Numbered from the stretch's first letter, positions 1 to 19,110 are shown. The stretch: DNA of 64,000 bases from the human T2T-CHM13v2.0 reference genome, Homo sapiens (GCF_009914755.1 NC_060930.1), one strand, 5' to 3'. Program-made: numbers and translations. Notes: generated by a model not told the origin, from the sequence alone.

Positions 1-2643
1 CCAAGCTTAAAATGCAGTGCTTTTCTGTCAATCCCTGAACTGCAGTGCGCTCTTCTAAGCTTTCATAACATTTCATTCATCAGTCTTAAGTTTCCATGGC
101 CCAACTCCCAGGACTCAGAGGCAAATGTGCCCTGTTTTTACTTGATCAGAGATTTGATGAAGGCAAGATTTTTAAAAAATATAATGTATGCCACAATATA
201 TTATACAAAATTTTCTAAAATCTAAAGATCTATCTATAAGAAAGCCCTTAAATATAGAAATTAAAACGTTAAGAGCATATAATGAAGAGACAGGGAGGGT
301 GCCGCTGACCCAGATCTGTTGCCCATCTGCAGTTACTATTGCATTCTAAGATTAGCCCTGAGCTTGCTGGCAGCCACGGCAGAAAAATAAATGCAAATTA
401 TAAAATAGTCAGTTTTGATGAAAAGAGGCCTGCCAGCATCAAGAAAGAGATTCGTTTTCTAGGTCCCAAAATGTAAGGGGATTTTCATGTGGGTCCCCGG
501 CCAAAAAACATGGAGCGAGTGTAGTGGACACTCTTCTCTGATGGGTTGTTACGGCTGTTTGGTGACTGTGATCTTTGCTAACTGCAGTGATCTCATTGGA
601 ACGTGATTCTCTGAACGTGTGTGAGCAAGGTCTGCTAATGAGACCAGGAGTGTGCACCCTCCTGAGATGAGGGCCGTCCACGCCTGGGCTTGGGGCCTCT
701 GTATCACCCGCCTAGCCTGGGTCTGTTTAGTCAGTGACTCATCGCTACCTCACCCCAGTGAAAGCCGTGATGCCGAGATAGCTAACCCGCAGGAGAGCTC
801 CAAAGCACTGAGGTGTCTGGCCTTTGTCAAGGTACTTGAGTCTGTTCCAGCTTCACAGCCAAATAACAAACAGACATTACTTCTTTTTCCTAAGTTCATT
901 TCCAGGCCCAAGTCAAAGCTGCCTGAGTCCCCGGGGCCCCACTCCAGTCCCTCTGGAATGTTCTCTCAGAAGTTCCCAGCCCACCTTCTCCTAGCGTCCC
1001 GAGGACAGATCACGCCAGCTGAAAGAAGATCTGAGTCTGGGGAAGGAATCAGGAAACTTGTCTTCCTTCCTCCTTCCCCTTTTCTTCCCATGGGGTCAGC
1101 ACCCTGGAAGGGGTAGGAAATCCAGAAGGAAGCACGTGTGTGGCGGGAATCATTCTTGAGAGAGCTGCGGGTGCCACGGGGCCAGCCACGCTCCTTCCCC
1201 CGAGACCGCCTGCCCAGGCCCCTGCTCGGCCAGACCCGCACACAAAGGAGCAGCGGCCGGAGACGTGGTGCCCTGGTGGACAGGGGCTGTACCGTGGCCT
1301 CAAGGAACGTGCATGGGCAGAGAACAGTCTCCTGTGGTGAAAGACAGATGCCGCCGTGGGTTTCCCCTGGTGACTATAAAGCCTCCATCCTACCCACGTT
1401 GCAAATGTCCCACTCTGCTCCCTCCTGTGCCTGACTCACTATCCCTGTCTGGAGAGCATCTGTCCGACTCCCAACGCGACACGCCCTCCCTCAGTCCCTG
1501 ACTCCCTCCCTTCCCTTAGTCATTCTGTTTGCAAAAATAAGACAAAACAAAAATCTACACAGGCGTTCGACCAGACCGCTTTGGAAGGTAAAGTCTCACA
1601 CCGGGAACGCAAAGCAAGTTATTTATCTCCCATGACGCCTCCGTCTGCCTGTCCTGATGCGTGTGGGCAATAGGAAGCCTCCTTCCTTAGGGAATAGTTC
1701 TTTCCTGCCCATTGCTGGCAGGGCAGGCTTTGCTTCATCTCCAGCCATGGCCTAAAAGGGCACCAATGACAGGGTGGGCCTTTGAAAATATGGCCCTGAA
1801 ACCCAGAGGGTTTACCTGTTCAACTTGGAAGTGTGCCCATGAGCACCCGTGTGTGTGTGTGCACATCCGATGAGCTGCACAGTCCACACACTCAGCTCCG
1901 AGGAGAGCACAGCGGCCTTGAAGAGAAGCAGATTCGGGAACCTCACATTCAATACTGAGCCATGGATCTCACTCGGCCTCCAAGTACAGGAGAAAGCCCC
2001 ACCCACCACCCCTGTCCCTCCTTCCCGGGCCTTCCCGCCAGGCCAGCCCCCTTCCAGGGCCGTCCCCTCACTCCTCCCTCACCTGCCCAGTCCTGCAGAA
2101 GGCAATTGTGATTTCTGTTTTTGCAGCAACCTTTCCTGAGACCTCATCTATCTGTTCCACTTCCATCCTTAACCCTGACAAATTCCAAGCAGGTCTCATT
2201 CTCATCATGCAAGAAAATTAATAAGCAGATTAGGATATTTATTCATTCATCCAAGAAGTATGTACTTAATATCAAGCATTTGCTAAGTGCCACATATTGA
2301 CCTAGATATAGTGAATCAAGCAGGCATTAAACGGCAATGTTTTGTTCTCAATAAGTTTCTATTCTACAGAAAAAATGTAAAATCGGTTTGTGGGTGGCCA
2401 GAGGCAGGAAGAGCAATGGAATTGGGTGAGGGCATGAGGACAGACATGGCACAGCTGTGTGCAGGGCGGAAACACCGCTTCCTCTGACGAGGTGGTGGGA
2501 GAGGCTGCAGCACCCAGCGGGAAAGCCAGGGAGGTAAAGCAGGGGCTGAGGTCTGAGAGGAGGCCCACGGAGGGGGCCCAGATCGCACAGGGCCCAGCAC
2601 CGAGGTAAGGCCCTTAAGTTTTATTCTGAGCCACATGGGAACC

Positions 2644-3101
2644 CGTATTCATTTCCTAGGGTGTCATAATAAAGCACCACAAATTTGAGTGGCAAAAACA
2701 GCAGGAATTCATTCATTTTCTCACAGTTTAGAGGCCAGAATTCTATCAAGATGGCAGTAGGGCCAGGCCCTTCTGAAAACCCTAAGGGAGGGTACTTCCT
2801 GGCTCTTCAGCTTCCGGAGCTGCGGGCCATCCCCAGTGTTCCTTGGCCCGTAGATGGACCACTCCAATCTCTGCTGCCATCTCCATGCGGCCTCTTCCCC
2901 ATGTGTCTGTATCTTTGCTCAGCCTTCTCCTCTGTGTCTCTGTGTCTAGTTCCTCTAAGAGGAACTTCATGCCACTGGTGTCCACAGAAGGACACTAGTC
3001 ATATTGGATTAACCACATCTGCAACAGCCCCATTTCCAAAGGTCACACTCTGAGGTTCTGGGAAGACATGAATTTTGGGGGACACTGTTGATCCCAGTAC
3101 A
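2644..3101 (-). mobile_element. MaLR LTR (MLT1-class)
   Basis: Typical antisense MLT1 text (…TATTCATTTCCTAGGG…CACCACAAA…TTCTCACAGTT…GGGGGACACTGTTGATCCCAGTACA); subfamily not resolved. Confidence 0.7.
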
Positions 3102-5088
3102 GAACCTGCTAGAAGGCCTTGATTAGAGGAGTGGCAGGCATGAAGTGACTTCTTTATAAAAAGATCATTCTGGCTACAAGAAGCATTTTAAAAAGAACAT
3201 GCTTATGTAACCAGCACCCAGAGCAGGTCATGGAACGCCACCAGCAGCAGCCGAGACCCTGGGGACCCAACACCACCACTTCCCCCAAGGCAACAGCTTC
3301 CAAAACTGGAGGCTCGTTTTATGTACTGAATTTGATGTATCTCTGTCTTCATTAACATTTATTATGAAAGCATCATGTTCATTATAGTCCTTCAAACAGT
3401 ACTGAAGTAAAGATGGTAATAAAAGTCCATTCTCAGTTAATATTGACTATCTCCCCCAGTGAATCAGGTACTGTGCTCGTCGGGGGGTTTTTGAGGAATG
3501 CTAACTGGAAAAATGTCTAGGCTTTGGCCACCGGGTTGGGAAGATCTTTGGGAGGCACAGAAGTCCCCCCGAATTCCCTTAAGCCACGCTGTTTTTCAGT
3601 CTTTCTCCCTCAGGCTCAGTAGAGGGTAGAAGGGGTTCTCCTTCCATCAACCACCTGGGATGAGAGTCTTGATGCTCACTGGAGGGATAGGATAGGGGTG
3701 TCATAAAATGGAGAAAATTCTACGTATTGGTACAGAGTTTTCTTGCACTTTGCCAAAATTATAGATGTAAACATCATAATGAATCTAACCTCCTCTTGAT
3801 TCCACAGGAGGGTGCGTAAAATAAGTGTGTTCTGGTGCCAACAGTGGGAAGCGGGGGATAGATTTATGCCATAATAGTGGGCATTTGTGAGTTCCACACA
3901 ACAGAACATAGGGAGCCCCCAAGCACGCTGACTGCAGCACGAAGCCAGGGCGGGAGGAGACGCTGGACCAACACTGTGGTGGGATCCAGTGCTCCTCTGG
4001 GTTGGGTCTCTGACGTTAAAGTCCAGAATCTGTGTGGTCAGTCCCTAGGAGGTGCAAAGCCCATCTCCAAGCCTTTCCATATCCAGTAACCAGGAGTTAG
4101 GTGGAGAACTGAAGCCAAGGAGAGGAGTGAGCCCCATGTGAAATCAGGGAAATAATCAAAGGGAACAACAAATGGTTTGGGGAAATGTGTTTGCTTCTAG
4201 TGCTCACTTCAGACAAAAATACATTTTTATAAAAAATGCACACCGCATATTTTTCTTGCCAAAATGCCCCTAGGAGTCTCCTCTAGTCTTGATAGCTTTG
4301 CCCTTCTTCTGCCAGATACCCAAGTGGAGAGTCAGCACGAAGTCTCGGAGGTGCAGGTGTAACATCTCCAATGGAAGGGACAGATGAAACATGGCTGAGT
4401 AAATGCATGATTTACAAATCGACACACCAGTGATCTGAGCCCAGGTGCTCTTGCTTGTGCCAGGATTGCCTTCCCTGGGAGTGCAGGAAGCCCAGATAAA
4501 GTAACCCCACCCACCCACCCTTCCTCGCACGCTCAGGAAGACAGTCCTGGTGGAAGAACCTCATTTCACTTCATTTTTACAAAATTTACCCCACCACGTG
4601 CTGGGAGAAAAACAATAAATAATTAACAATGCATGAACATGTCAAATGGAAAAAGAAAAATGCCTTTCAGATTATATCTTATGAATGACTTTTGTTCTTG
4701 GTTTGTGGATAAGGAAATTAGCCATGTTTCCCTGTGCTTGACAGAACTTGGGCAACCTCCTCAGCAGCTTGGTGTGCAGTTTTTATAGAGTTACGTGAAG
4801 CAATTGATTGTTTCTGGAAGACGGTGGCAATGCCTGTAATCGAATAGATGGCAATAAAGCATTCAACTGTCATCCACAGAGGCAGCCACTTGCCAGAGCC
4901 AACATGTGCCGAGGGTAGAGAGTCTACGGCTCTGAGACGCCTGGCAAGGCCTCTCCAGTTCCTGCAGTCCTGAACCTCAGGGGTGGTGGCCGGAGGCCGT
5001 TAGATTAGCGAGGACACAGCCTGAGCTGGAAGGAGGGGTCCAACTGGGATCTCTGACACAAACATGGCTTAAACAAAAAGACACGTAA

Positions 5089-5421
<333 letters not shown>

Positions 5422-5808
5422 CACGTTAAATATTAAGATTCCATGCAGGCGAAGCAACAGGAGAACCTGGCAAGAACAGATGCCACCCCGCCAGGCAGCC
5501 CACAAGGCCTGCCCCCTGTGTGCTGGCCGCTGAGGCCTGAGGCATGGGGACTGGCAGGAGGCCCACTGGGTCGGAGAGAGAACTCTGAAGCTTGGAGGGA
5601 GGAAGGTGTGATGAAGCCTGGGTCCCTGTCCCTAAGGGGTCCTGACAGTCTGGGCCCCACCCTGAGTCTATGACTGGCTTCCCCTTTGTGAGGAGAGCAG
5701 ACCCTGCATCATCAGCAACCAGTGCTCCCTCCAGCCTCCGCGCATTTCAGCTGGCGCTGCAGCTGCTGCACAGAGACCCACAGAGGCCACCCTCGGAACC
5801 AGCGCCCA

Positions 5809-5855
5809 ATGAGAGGGCGGGACCTGTGTTCCTCCACACAAAGCCAGGCGCTGGG
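5809..5855 (+). CDS. TTLL2: TTLL2 coding exon 1 (MRGRDLCSSTQSQALG)
   Basis: ATG at 5809, donor GG|GTAAG at 5856; 47 nt, joins exon 2 in frame; matches recalled TTLL2 N-terminus. Confidence 0.9.
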
Positions 5856-7254
5856 GTAAGCGTAGGAGGCGACACGTAGGATGGGAGGGTGGCCCCGATC
5901 ATGCCTCTGTTCCAGGACCAGCCCCTTCCCGAGAGCACAGGGGCCAGGGTCACTAGGAGCAGCGAGTGTGCACTGGGACCCCCGAGGGGCAATTTGTAGT
6001 CAGCCCTTCATACTCCTTCAAGGGAAAAGCAGTCCAGCATTGTATGAAGTCATGTACTTTTCAATCCAAAAATTTCCTATGGTGTCCAGTGCCTCCTGCA
6101 TGCTGAGGTGCCAGTTATATAAGAGTGAACGAAGTAGACCCATTCCTGAGACTAAAGTTACCAAAGGAGGGGAGTGTAAGTTAACTGCATCCCATAGTGG
6201 GTACAGGAAATTCAACTGAATTCAACCAAAGCCGATTGAATGGCCGCTGTGCTCTGGGAACTGTGACAGATGCTAGGGTTATGAGACGGAACTGGATCAT
6301 CTATGAAACACACATGGTTGTAATTCAGGGCCGAGCAGAATTGTTTCCATAGGATAAGTGTGAAGTGGTATGGACCCCACGGGGGAAAAGAAAATCCCCC
6401 CAGTGTAGAAAGGAAGGGCTTCAAGGAGGAGTGGGCATTCATGCTGGGCTTCCTGGGAGAGGTGGGCTTCCATCAGCAGAAACTCAGGGGCTCTAGGGGC
6501 ATTTGAGGCTGAGGAGGGTGGGCTGAAGCACTGGGCTCCTGTTGTCACATGCGAGCGGGAAGCGGGCTGTGACAGGCCGAACAGCGGCCGAGAACGGGTG
6601 CAAGGCCGTGAGTGCCTGCCGGCCTGTAGCCTCCACACCGCAGGCAGAGGTCATGATGAGGGAAGAGATCACACCTGCCCATCTCCAGTCTTCAAAGAGG
6701 CAAAGTCAGCTCTCCCAACTTGGGCTAGTGATGGCGTTTGCGTTTCAAGCAGCTCAGTCTACCCCGGGTTTGTTGGAAATGAGGCTACTCTGGGTGTCTT
6801 GGGGCTGAGCGTACACATGGGACTTGATCTTTGACCTCTGCGACCTTAGAACTTTCTTGAGAAAACAGAACTTTCCTGATAATTAACAGAAAAAATAGTG
6901 CATGATTTCTGGTTTAATAATAAAATAATTATTCTGTGTTTCAAGCAATACAAATTTTTATTCAAAAGAACATTTAGGTAGGAAGTTTTTTTAAGTTGGT
7001 CAACTCAAAAAACGGGACTGTCTCATCTATAATTGGGGTGAAAAGCATTCTACATTCCATATAAACTATAAGCCACAGCTATCAACTATGCATCAGGAAA
7101 GGTGACAAGCAGAATGTGGACCATTTACAGGCCAAGTGCTTGAGGGTGACTGATCTCCACAAATGGCTTCAATGACCTAGAACAATCACGCACAAGGCCT
7201 GCAGCTACTGTGCGTTCCTACCCAATAAAGGTGGGATATTTTCTATGTCTACAC

Positions 7255-7479
7255 CAAGCTTGTCCAATCCGAAGTCCTTGGGTCTCATGCAACCCAGGAG
7301 AGCTTTGAATGTGGCCCAACACAAATTTGTAAACTTTCTTAAAACATCATGAATTTTTTGTGATTTTGTTTTGTGTTTTTAGCTCATCAGCTGTCGTTAG
7401 TGTGAGTGTATTTTATGTGTGGCCCAAGACAATTCTTCTTCCAATGGGCCCAGGGCAGCCAAAAGACTGGACACCCCTG
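7255..7479. mobile_element. MER30 hAT-Charlie MITE
   Basis: CAAGCTTGTCCAA…GGCCCAACACAAATTTGTAAACTTTCTTAAAACAT…TGGACACCCCTG termini and body. Confidence 0.8.
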
Positions 7480-7487
7480 GTAGACAA

Positions 7488-8167
7488 TGTAAATCAAAGA
7501 AAATGACCACCGCAAGTCTCAATCATTTAAGAAGTTTATGTGCCAAGGTTAAGGATGTACCCAGGAAAAAGAACACAGAACCACAGGAAAAGGCTGTGGC
7601 TTATGCTTTTTCCCCCATAGAGGGTCTGGGGACCTTAATAAGTAAAGAGAAAAGAGTAGGTATTGGGGGAAAGAGGAAGGAAAAAAAAAGGAGGGTCTGT
7701 AAGAGGGAAGCAGTTGCAACTTTTTGAATCTTTGGTCAGCATTCACTGAATACACATTTTATAAGTGGGGCGGGTAGAGGAACAGTCGCTTAGCATTCGT
7801 CTTGCTTAGTGAAACTTCATTTTTATATAAGATGAAATAAACATAGGACAGAGGATGCCATCAGTTATGCATTTGCCTCAGGTAAATGGAGGGATGACTT
7901 TGAGTTCTGTCCTTTGTCCCGTGCCTGTGAAGATGAGTTATCATCTTACATTGTCAGGGTGAAATTCAGCAGAACTGCTCTTGGGTAAAGATCTTGGAGC
8001 CCACCAGGAATTTCCTTGTGAGGGAGGTCTGTATGTAGCTTTTGCATCTTTGCAGCCATCTTCTTTAGGAGTAAAATGGGAGGCAGGTTTGCCTGATGCA
8101 GTTCCCAGCTTGACTTTTCCCTTTGGCTTAGTGGGTTTGTGGTCTTGAGATTTATTTTCCTTTTACA
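7488..8167 (-). mobile_element. ERV1 solo LTR, MER4 class
   Basis: TGTAAA…TTTACA termini; 4-bp TSD ACAA (7484-7487 / 8168-8171). Confidence 0.8.
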
Positions 8168-10910
8168 ACAACTCACTTCTAAATTTGGAACTCACTGTGC
8201 TAAGCCGTGTGGAACAACAGCTGTGTGTATGAATTTTACATTCACACCAAGATGGCATATAGGTTTTTACATATTTACGGCTTGGCTACAGGGGTGGCTA
8301 TTAATAGTTAAAAAGTGAAGGAAACCATATTCGCACAAGAGAAACGGAAACATACAGGTTATGTATGGTGAATCTCCAGGAATTCCAAGTAAAGCAGGGA
8401 AATGCTTTTGTAATTAACCTCTGAAATCCTAAAAGTATAGGTCTTTTTATATAAAAATGTACACTTTTCTTTCTATCTCTTGCACATGAAAGAGGCAAAG
8501 AGCAGCATTGCCTATTCATTGGCGGATGTTTTCTTTGGTTCTCTATGTTGGTGAAAACTCCTTTTACAGCATCTGGTATCAAGGTCACTTGAGAAGGGCC
8601 CCTCTCCTTGACCCCAAAATATTTTCTCCTCATTTCAGTTCGATGACACCTGAAATTCCTGGTGTTGAATCACATGGTTTAACCCTTCAGCTGGATCCCG
8701 GTCAAATGGAAAGTTGCTCTGGGGCTCTGTCCTGTAAGCAGTGAATGTGCCAAAAAGATAAAATGTGAAGAAAAAGACTCTTAGTTATTTTTGCAGAGCC
8801 TGTCTTGGATGGAAGAAAGCACCAAAACTAGGAGCTGTCGGCTAAGGAGGCTGCCGTCCCTGGGAGCCGCTCTCTCCTACTGCATCCTGTTGTCCCTCAG
8901 TCTTCTGGGCAAATCAGTGGGCCCTCATCTAGAGATCGGGATTCCCGCAGTGATGGAATACATTATTTTTGGCTGACTTCCTTGCCATGGGGCCCCATAC
9001 ACCCAGGAATATCATCAAGGTATGGAAAAAGGGGGCTCTTCCCCCTTCCTACACCAGGAGGCTGTGGCTCTTAAGAAATTGGGTCACTCCTGGTCATTGG
9101 AATGCTGTCTATGCCCTGATGACATTGACTGGTGTTCTAGCCCTTGAAGAGGGAAGAGCTGTGCTGGCTTCAAAGTGTCTGTCTGTTGGCTGCATGGTGG
9201 AAGATGCCATATGTGTTTCCTTGTTCTAGGTGCATATGCAGTTGGGTTAAATGGTGGCTTAGTACTGAATGGTGGGTGGTATTTTCCTTCCAGATGAGGA
9301 CTCTGACCTTAGAAGTTTTCAGCGGGTGGCGTTTCACAGTAATGGAGTCTGACATACACAAATGGGACATCCACCTCCATTGCCTGTTCTTGTAGGCTGT
9401 GATGTGGCAACAACTCTGTTTAATCTCCAGGATCTCAGAGTTTACATCCTCTGAGCTTGGTACTGGGTGCTTCACCAGTGATAGTGAGATTCCAGGCAGG
9501 GCTTTCCCTACCTATGGAAACAGGCACAGGGGTGTCCACTCTCTGAATGTGCACTCCCTTCCTGAACACTGGTTGGGGGAATAGCTCAGATGTACTCTAG
9601 TTTCCTTCTGGAAGCTTCTATGTGGAGGTCTGACTGCACTCTCCTAGGATGCTGCCCAGTCAGGGACTCTTTATATACCAGGTGTCATTGACAAAAGAGC
9701 ACTTTCAGTGTCCGCAGTTCAAAGGGCCCATCCCTCTCTCTGTGGCCCCCAACCTCGTTAAGGACCTGCTCGCAGAACCCCTCCCACGGGCCGCACCTGA
9801 AACACAGGCTCCCACCTCAGGAAGCTTTTGGCAGTGCAAGGTGGAGATCATGACGTTGCTGATATAATCAGAAAGTTCCTTGGTAGTTTACATATTAGTA
9901 GCAAAATCACACTTTTACCTACTTCAGAGACTATCATGACTCAACAGCGTGACTTCCCAGTGAGGCTGAAAACCCTCACTGAGGCCCTGAAAACCCAAAT
10001 ACAGTTTTTCGACATTTTGAGCTTATGTTGAATGACTTCTTTTCAGATAAATCTTGTAGGCCCGGAGAGCGGTTTTAGTTGGGCTGTTCTGTCTATGCTC
10101 AGGGTTAAGACTGGGTTGGTTAAATTGACAGGTGTCCCAGCTTCTGCCCCAAATAAGTGGCAAATGCTGTTACATAATTCATAATTTCACGTTATATTTT
10201 TGTTGTAATATATTTGTATATTTGTATAGTACATTTGTATCATATTACACGTCCCTTTGCCTTTTAAATCTGAGTACGGTAAACCTACTTTATTCTTCTC
10301 TAGATAATTTTAATTATTGATTATAAGCTTTGGCTAATATAAATGGATGCCTTCAGGGCCTAGCCAGGACCCAGCCTCTGCAATCAAGTGCCCCAGACCC
10401 TGTGGTTTTATGTGTTATTTGTATCTTTCGTGAATTTTATTATGCTAGCAGTCGTTCTTGTCTGGTTCCAGCACCATCTCACCAGTTCCCCACCAGCACA
10501 TCTGATGTATTATAGGCTAGAAGTCCAAATATTCAAAAGCACATTTTGTATTATATAAATGTTTCCATGTATATGTATAAATATACACCCAGATGTGATA
10601 CACACACATGTACATGCAGCACACACTGATTTAAGCACTGAGGGTAAAAGTGTAGGACTCACTCTCTTTGGTAAAATGTCAGGTTTTGTGATGTTTGTTT
10701 TCACTGAGAGTAGATATTCTACTGAATTTTGGGTTCAAAGCCAAGAGGGTTAAGTTAGCCATAAATCTCCTGGCTTCCGACCTAGAAAACAGATGTTATA
10801 AAAATGGAGGAAGAATTTTAGGTAGATATGAGCAATGGAATGGGAATTGTGTGTCTGTATTACTTGTACTCAGTATAGTTTTTCAATGTTTGAAATAAAA
10901 ACAATGTACT

Positions 10911-11226
10911 GGCCAGGTGCAGTGGCTCATTCCTGTAGCCCCAGCACTTTGGGAGGCTGAGGCAGGTGGATCACCTGAGGTCAGGGGTTTGAGACCAGCC
11001 TGACCGACATGGTGAAACCCCGTCTCTACTAAAAATACAAAACAAATTATCCAGGCATGGTGGTGCCCACCTGTAATCCCAACTACTTGAGAGGCTGAGG
11101 CAGGAGAATCGCTTGAACCAGGGAGGCAGAGGTTGCAGTGAGCCAAGTGTGCCATTGCACTCCAGCCTGGGGGACAAAAGCGAAAATCCATCTCACAACA
11201 ACAAAAAAAAAGAAAAAAGAAAGAAA
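10911..11226 (+). mobile_element. AluS element
   Basis: GGCCAGGTGCAGTGGCTCA… dimer with A-rich tail; degenerate TSD AAAACAAT(G/A)TAC. Confidence 0.95.
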
Positions 11227-11729
11227 GAAAACAATATACAAAATGTTTTATTCCATTAATGTAAAGGAAAAGATCTAGACCCCTGTACCCCTCCCTCCCT
11301 GCACTTTGGTGTGTTGGTTCATTCATTTATTCCACAAACATGAGGGCACCCTGTCCAGGAACACAGATTAAAAGGACACCCGTGGCCTCATATTTCAGCC
11401 AGCGAGGCAGCCAATGGACATTTCCCAAATCACACAGGCCCCAGGACCAAAAAGGGCAGTGAGGGAGAGCGTTTGGGGTGGAGGCTCAGCCAGAGACCCA
11501 GGAGGGCAGCGTGGGCATTCCCGTGATCCCTTCTGCAGTGCACAACACTGCAGCATGAGCTCGATAGCGCCTGACTGGGCAAGCCTGCAGCTCAGCTCCT
11601 TGTCCAGCCGGACCCAGTCGCTCCCCGGGTGTGCTGGGAGAACACAGGGTGAGGTCATGGTGCACCAGTGCCCTTCCTGTTCCTGCACAAGTTGGCTTTC
11701 TAAGAGCTACTCAGTACAAATGAGTGTCA

Positions 11730-12248
11730 TTTTCTCTTTATTTTCATTATTTTATTTTATTAACTGAAAAATATTAATTGTATATATTCATTGGGTACTA
11801 GTGAAGTTTTGTTATGTATAATGTATAACGATCTGATCAGAGTAATTAGCATATCTATTGTCTCAAATATTTATCATTTCCTGTGGTGAGGATGTTCAAT
11901 ATCCTCCTTCCAGCTATTTGAAACTATTATATATTACACTGCTGTTAAGCCTGGTCACTCTGCAGTGGCATAGAACACTAGGACTCCTTCCTCCTGTGTG
12001 GATGTGACTTTGTGTGCTTTAACAAATGTCTCCCTATGTCCCCTCCTCCTAACCTTCCCAGCCTCTAGAAACCTCTGTTGTACGTTTTACTTCAATTAGA
12101 TCCACTGTTTTTTTAGCTTTCACCTATGAGTAAGAACATGCGGTGTTTAACTTTCTGTTCTTGGCTTATTTCATTTTATGTAATGTTCTCCAGTTCCATC
12201 CATGATGGCATGAATGACAGGATTTCATTCTGTTTTGTGGCTGAATAG
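11730..12248 (-). mobile_element. Old L1M(A) 3' end, left piece (resumes at 12663-12670 and 16651-16940)
   Basis: Antisense L1M 3'UTR text (…GAGTAAGAACATGCGGTGTTT…CCAGTTCCATCCATG…GGCTGAATAG). Confidence 0.75.
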
Positions 12249-12658
12249 TGTTAAAGTGAAGTAAATATGGCCAGAGAAGGGCTCCGTACTTTTATATTTG
12301 AGTCCTTCTGGATAGGTAGACAAGATTGAAACCCCAACTTAGGAGTATGCACCTGTAACAATCGCTGAGTCCTGGCCAATCCCCGCAGCTGTACTTCAAC
12401 CACTCATACACTGGCGAGTGCTCAAACTGTGTTCAAATAAGGCAAACAGCAACCTGTAACCAATCCAGCTGTTGCTGTACCTCACTCCCGATTTCTATAC
12501 GCCGCTTTACTTTTACGTCTGTAAATTTGTTCTGACGACGAGGCACCCCTGCAGTCTCTCTGAATCTGCTGTGACTCTGGGGGCTGTATGATTCGTGAAT
12601 CATTCGTTGCTCAACTAAACTCCTTTAAATTTAATTTGGCTGAAGTTTTTTTTTAACA
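12249..12658 (+). mobile_element. ERV1 solo LTR (LTR15-like)
   Basis: TGTTAA…TTAACA termini; 4-bp TSD ATAG (12245-12248 / 12659-12662). Confidence 0.75.
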
Positions 12659-12670
12659 ATAGTATTCCAT

Positions 12671-16634
<3,964 letters not shown>

Positions 16635-16650
16635 GAAATTCAATTTAATA

Positions 16651-16940
16651 GAGTAGAGACCACATTTCCTGTATCCATCTCTCCCTGAATGGACCCCTGG
16701 GTAGATTCCGGACCTTGGGTATTGTGACTGTGCCATAGTAAACACAGGTGCCGTTGCCTCTTGGATGAACTGTTTCCTTTCCTTCCTACAGATGTCCAGT
16801 GTGGGGGCAGCTGAGGATCATGGGGGTTCTGCTTGTAATTTTATGAGGAGCCTCCATGCTGCTCTCTACAGTGGCTGTACTGGTTTCCATTCCCACCAAC
16901 AGTGTATGAGAGTCCTTTTTTCTCCACATCCTCGCCAGCC
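16651..16940 (-). mobile_element. Old L1M(A), right piece of the host element
   Basis: …CCACATTTCCTGTATCCAT…TTCCCACCAACAGTGTATGAGAG…TCTCCACATCCTCGCCAGC continues the element broken at 12670. Confidence 0.7.
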
Positions 16941-18392
16941 AGCCTCCTTCACTGAAAGAAGAAATAATAATATATGTTATGATATAATATATCTAATTAA
17001 GTATTGTCACTATGTTCTATATTTATTTAGCATATTACATAAGATGTTATTGTTGTATACTAATTTGTATTAGGTATTAATAATATACTATTTAGAATAT
17101 AAATTAAGCATATAAATATATAATTAAATCAATTCCCTGCCATGGGTCGTGGGTGGCATTGCTCATCCCCATCCTCCTTCTCAGCGATGGGGACTTTGTC
17201 CCCCTCAGCACAGATCAAGGAAGAAAATCTGCAGGGAGAACTGTCCTCTTACCATAGGGACGAGAGTCCCTCCGAGACAAGACAGTGGTTTTGCTCGTTG
17301 GCTCAGCTGTCCTGTTCCAGAACGGGGGCTCGGCCTCACCCGTGCAGAACTAAAAATTGCACTGAAGAGCTTGTGGTCTTGTTTGTTCCAAACAGGCAGT
17401 CTCTACCCCAACCCCACAGGCAAACTCCACCACTACAGCTAGGGTGACGGAACATCCTCAGTCAGCTTTAAAAACAGCATTTGCTTCCTTCAGAATTGGG
17501 AGGTGGAGCCATTTAACTGAAAAGAAGCATTTCCTCCCCTCTGTGTGGGCCTTGGGGGGCTCCTCCCCACCTCTGTCCCCCGCCCTGGGATGATGGCCAA
17601 TCAGGCCACACCATGACCCACACCCCAGCCCTCACCCTGGCCCTCTTCACAGCCACAGGACAAAGTGCTGGCTCTCCCTCCCATGCCAGGGGCTGCAGAC
17701 GTGTCCCAGCCAACTTCAACAAACCGCACATGCTTTCCACACACAATCAAACCAACCGCTGGCTGTGGTCAGCATCTTCAAGTCTGAGAAAGGCAGGATA
17801 CAAGACATCTGTGGTAGTTCCAAAAGGACTTTGAGAAGAAAAAGTTCTTGAGTATGCATTGCTCTCTGGAGGACACTCCAATGGGAAGGCAGATGCGTAG
17901 TTGAAATGGGGTCCCCAACCCGGCATGGCTTGCCTGGGCAGCCCTGGGAAGGGGCAAAGCCTCATGGACTGCTCCAGGGAGGGCCGGCCACTCCTCTTGC
18001 TGCTGTGGGGAGACGGAACTGAGGTTTGCAGACCTGCCCTGTCTCGGACGGCGCTCGCTGACCAGGCACGGTGGAGCCTGGGGGGTCCAGGCCAGGCCCT
18101 AAAAGCCTATTCCAGGGGAGGCAGGGCTCAGGCCAGGGCGCGCCAACCTTCTAGAGCCTGGATGCAGCGTTCTCAAGGCTGGGAAAAGGTGGGGGTGCCA
18201 GAGACTGGACAACATTCAGTCTGCAGTCTGGCGCGGTGTCCCCACATTGGTTTGTGAAATGGCGACTGAGCTTCCACAAGATTCAAGAGGGAGCTGTGAT
18301 CAGATAACAGCGTATTTCTTGGTGATAGGAAAGAAGCATTTTTAACTTTGTTTAATCCAGTATCCATGGTTATTCCACTCTGGATTTCCTCC

Positions 18393-19110
18393 TACACACA
18401 CATGCACACACACACACACCACACACAACACATACACACAGATAACACACACAACATACACACAACACACAGACATGCAACGCACCACACACACAACACA
18501 AAATATACACACAATATAAGCAGCATACACACAATGCACACAACATACACAGCACATACAACACACACAACCCATGAAACACACAACACACATACATACC
18601 ACGTATAACACACAATACACATTCACATATACACAGCAGACATACACAGCACATACAACACACCACATGCAATACAACACACACTCATACACAACATAAA
18701 ACATACAAGCAGCACAAACAAAACACACACCACATGCAACACACGACACACATACATGATACATACAACACAATACACAATACACACACAACATAAACAC
18801 ACAGCACATACAACACACAACTCGTGCATACCACATGCAACACACAACACACACAACATACACACAACACAAGCAACACACACAACTCATACAACATACA
18901 CAACACACAGCAAACATACATGCTAGATGCAACACAACACACATGACACACATGCATGCCATATGCAACACACAATACACTCACACAACACACAACATAC
19001 AGACAACACATACCACATGTGACACACAATACACACAACATGCACAGACAACACAGAAACAACAAACACACTCAACAGGCACAACATAGTCACACACACA
19101 CACACACACA
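18393..19110 (+). repeat. Degenerate CA-rich simple repeat (~720 bp)
   Basis: ACACAACAC/ACAT units ending in a pure (CA)n run. Confidence 0.97.

Noticed and set aside
439-2139. Short ORFs and a mildly CpG-rich patch near the window start
   Set aside because: No homology or exon structure that I can support
8400-10050. Unique-looking stretch resembling a decayed large exon or ERV interior
   Set aside because: No frame gave a protein I could recognise; needs TBLASTX and Dfam searches
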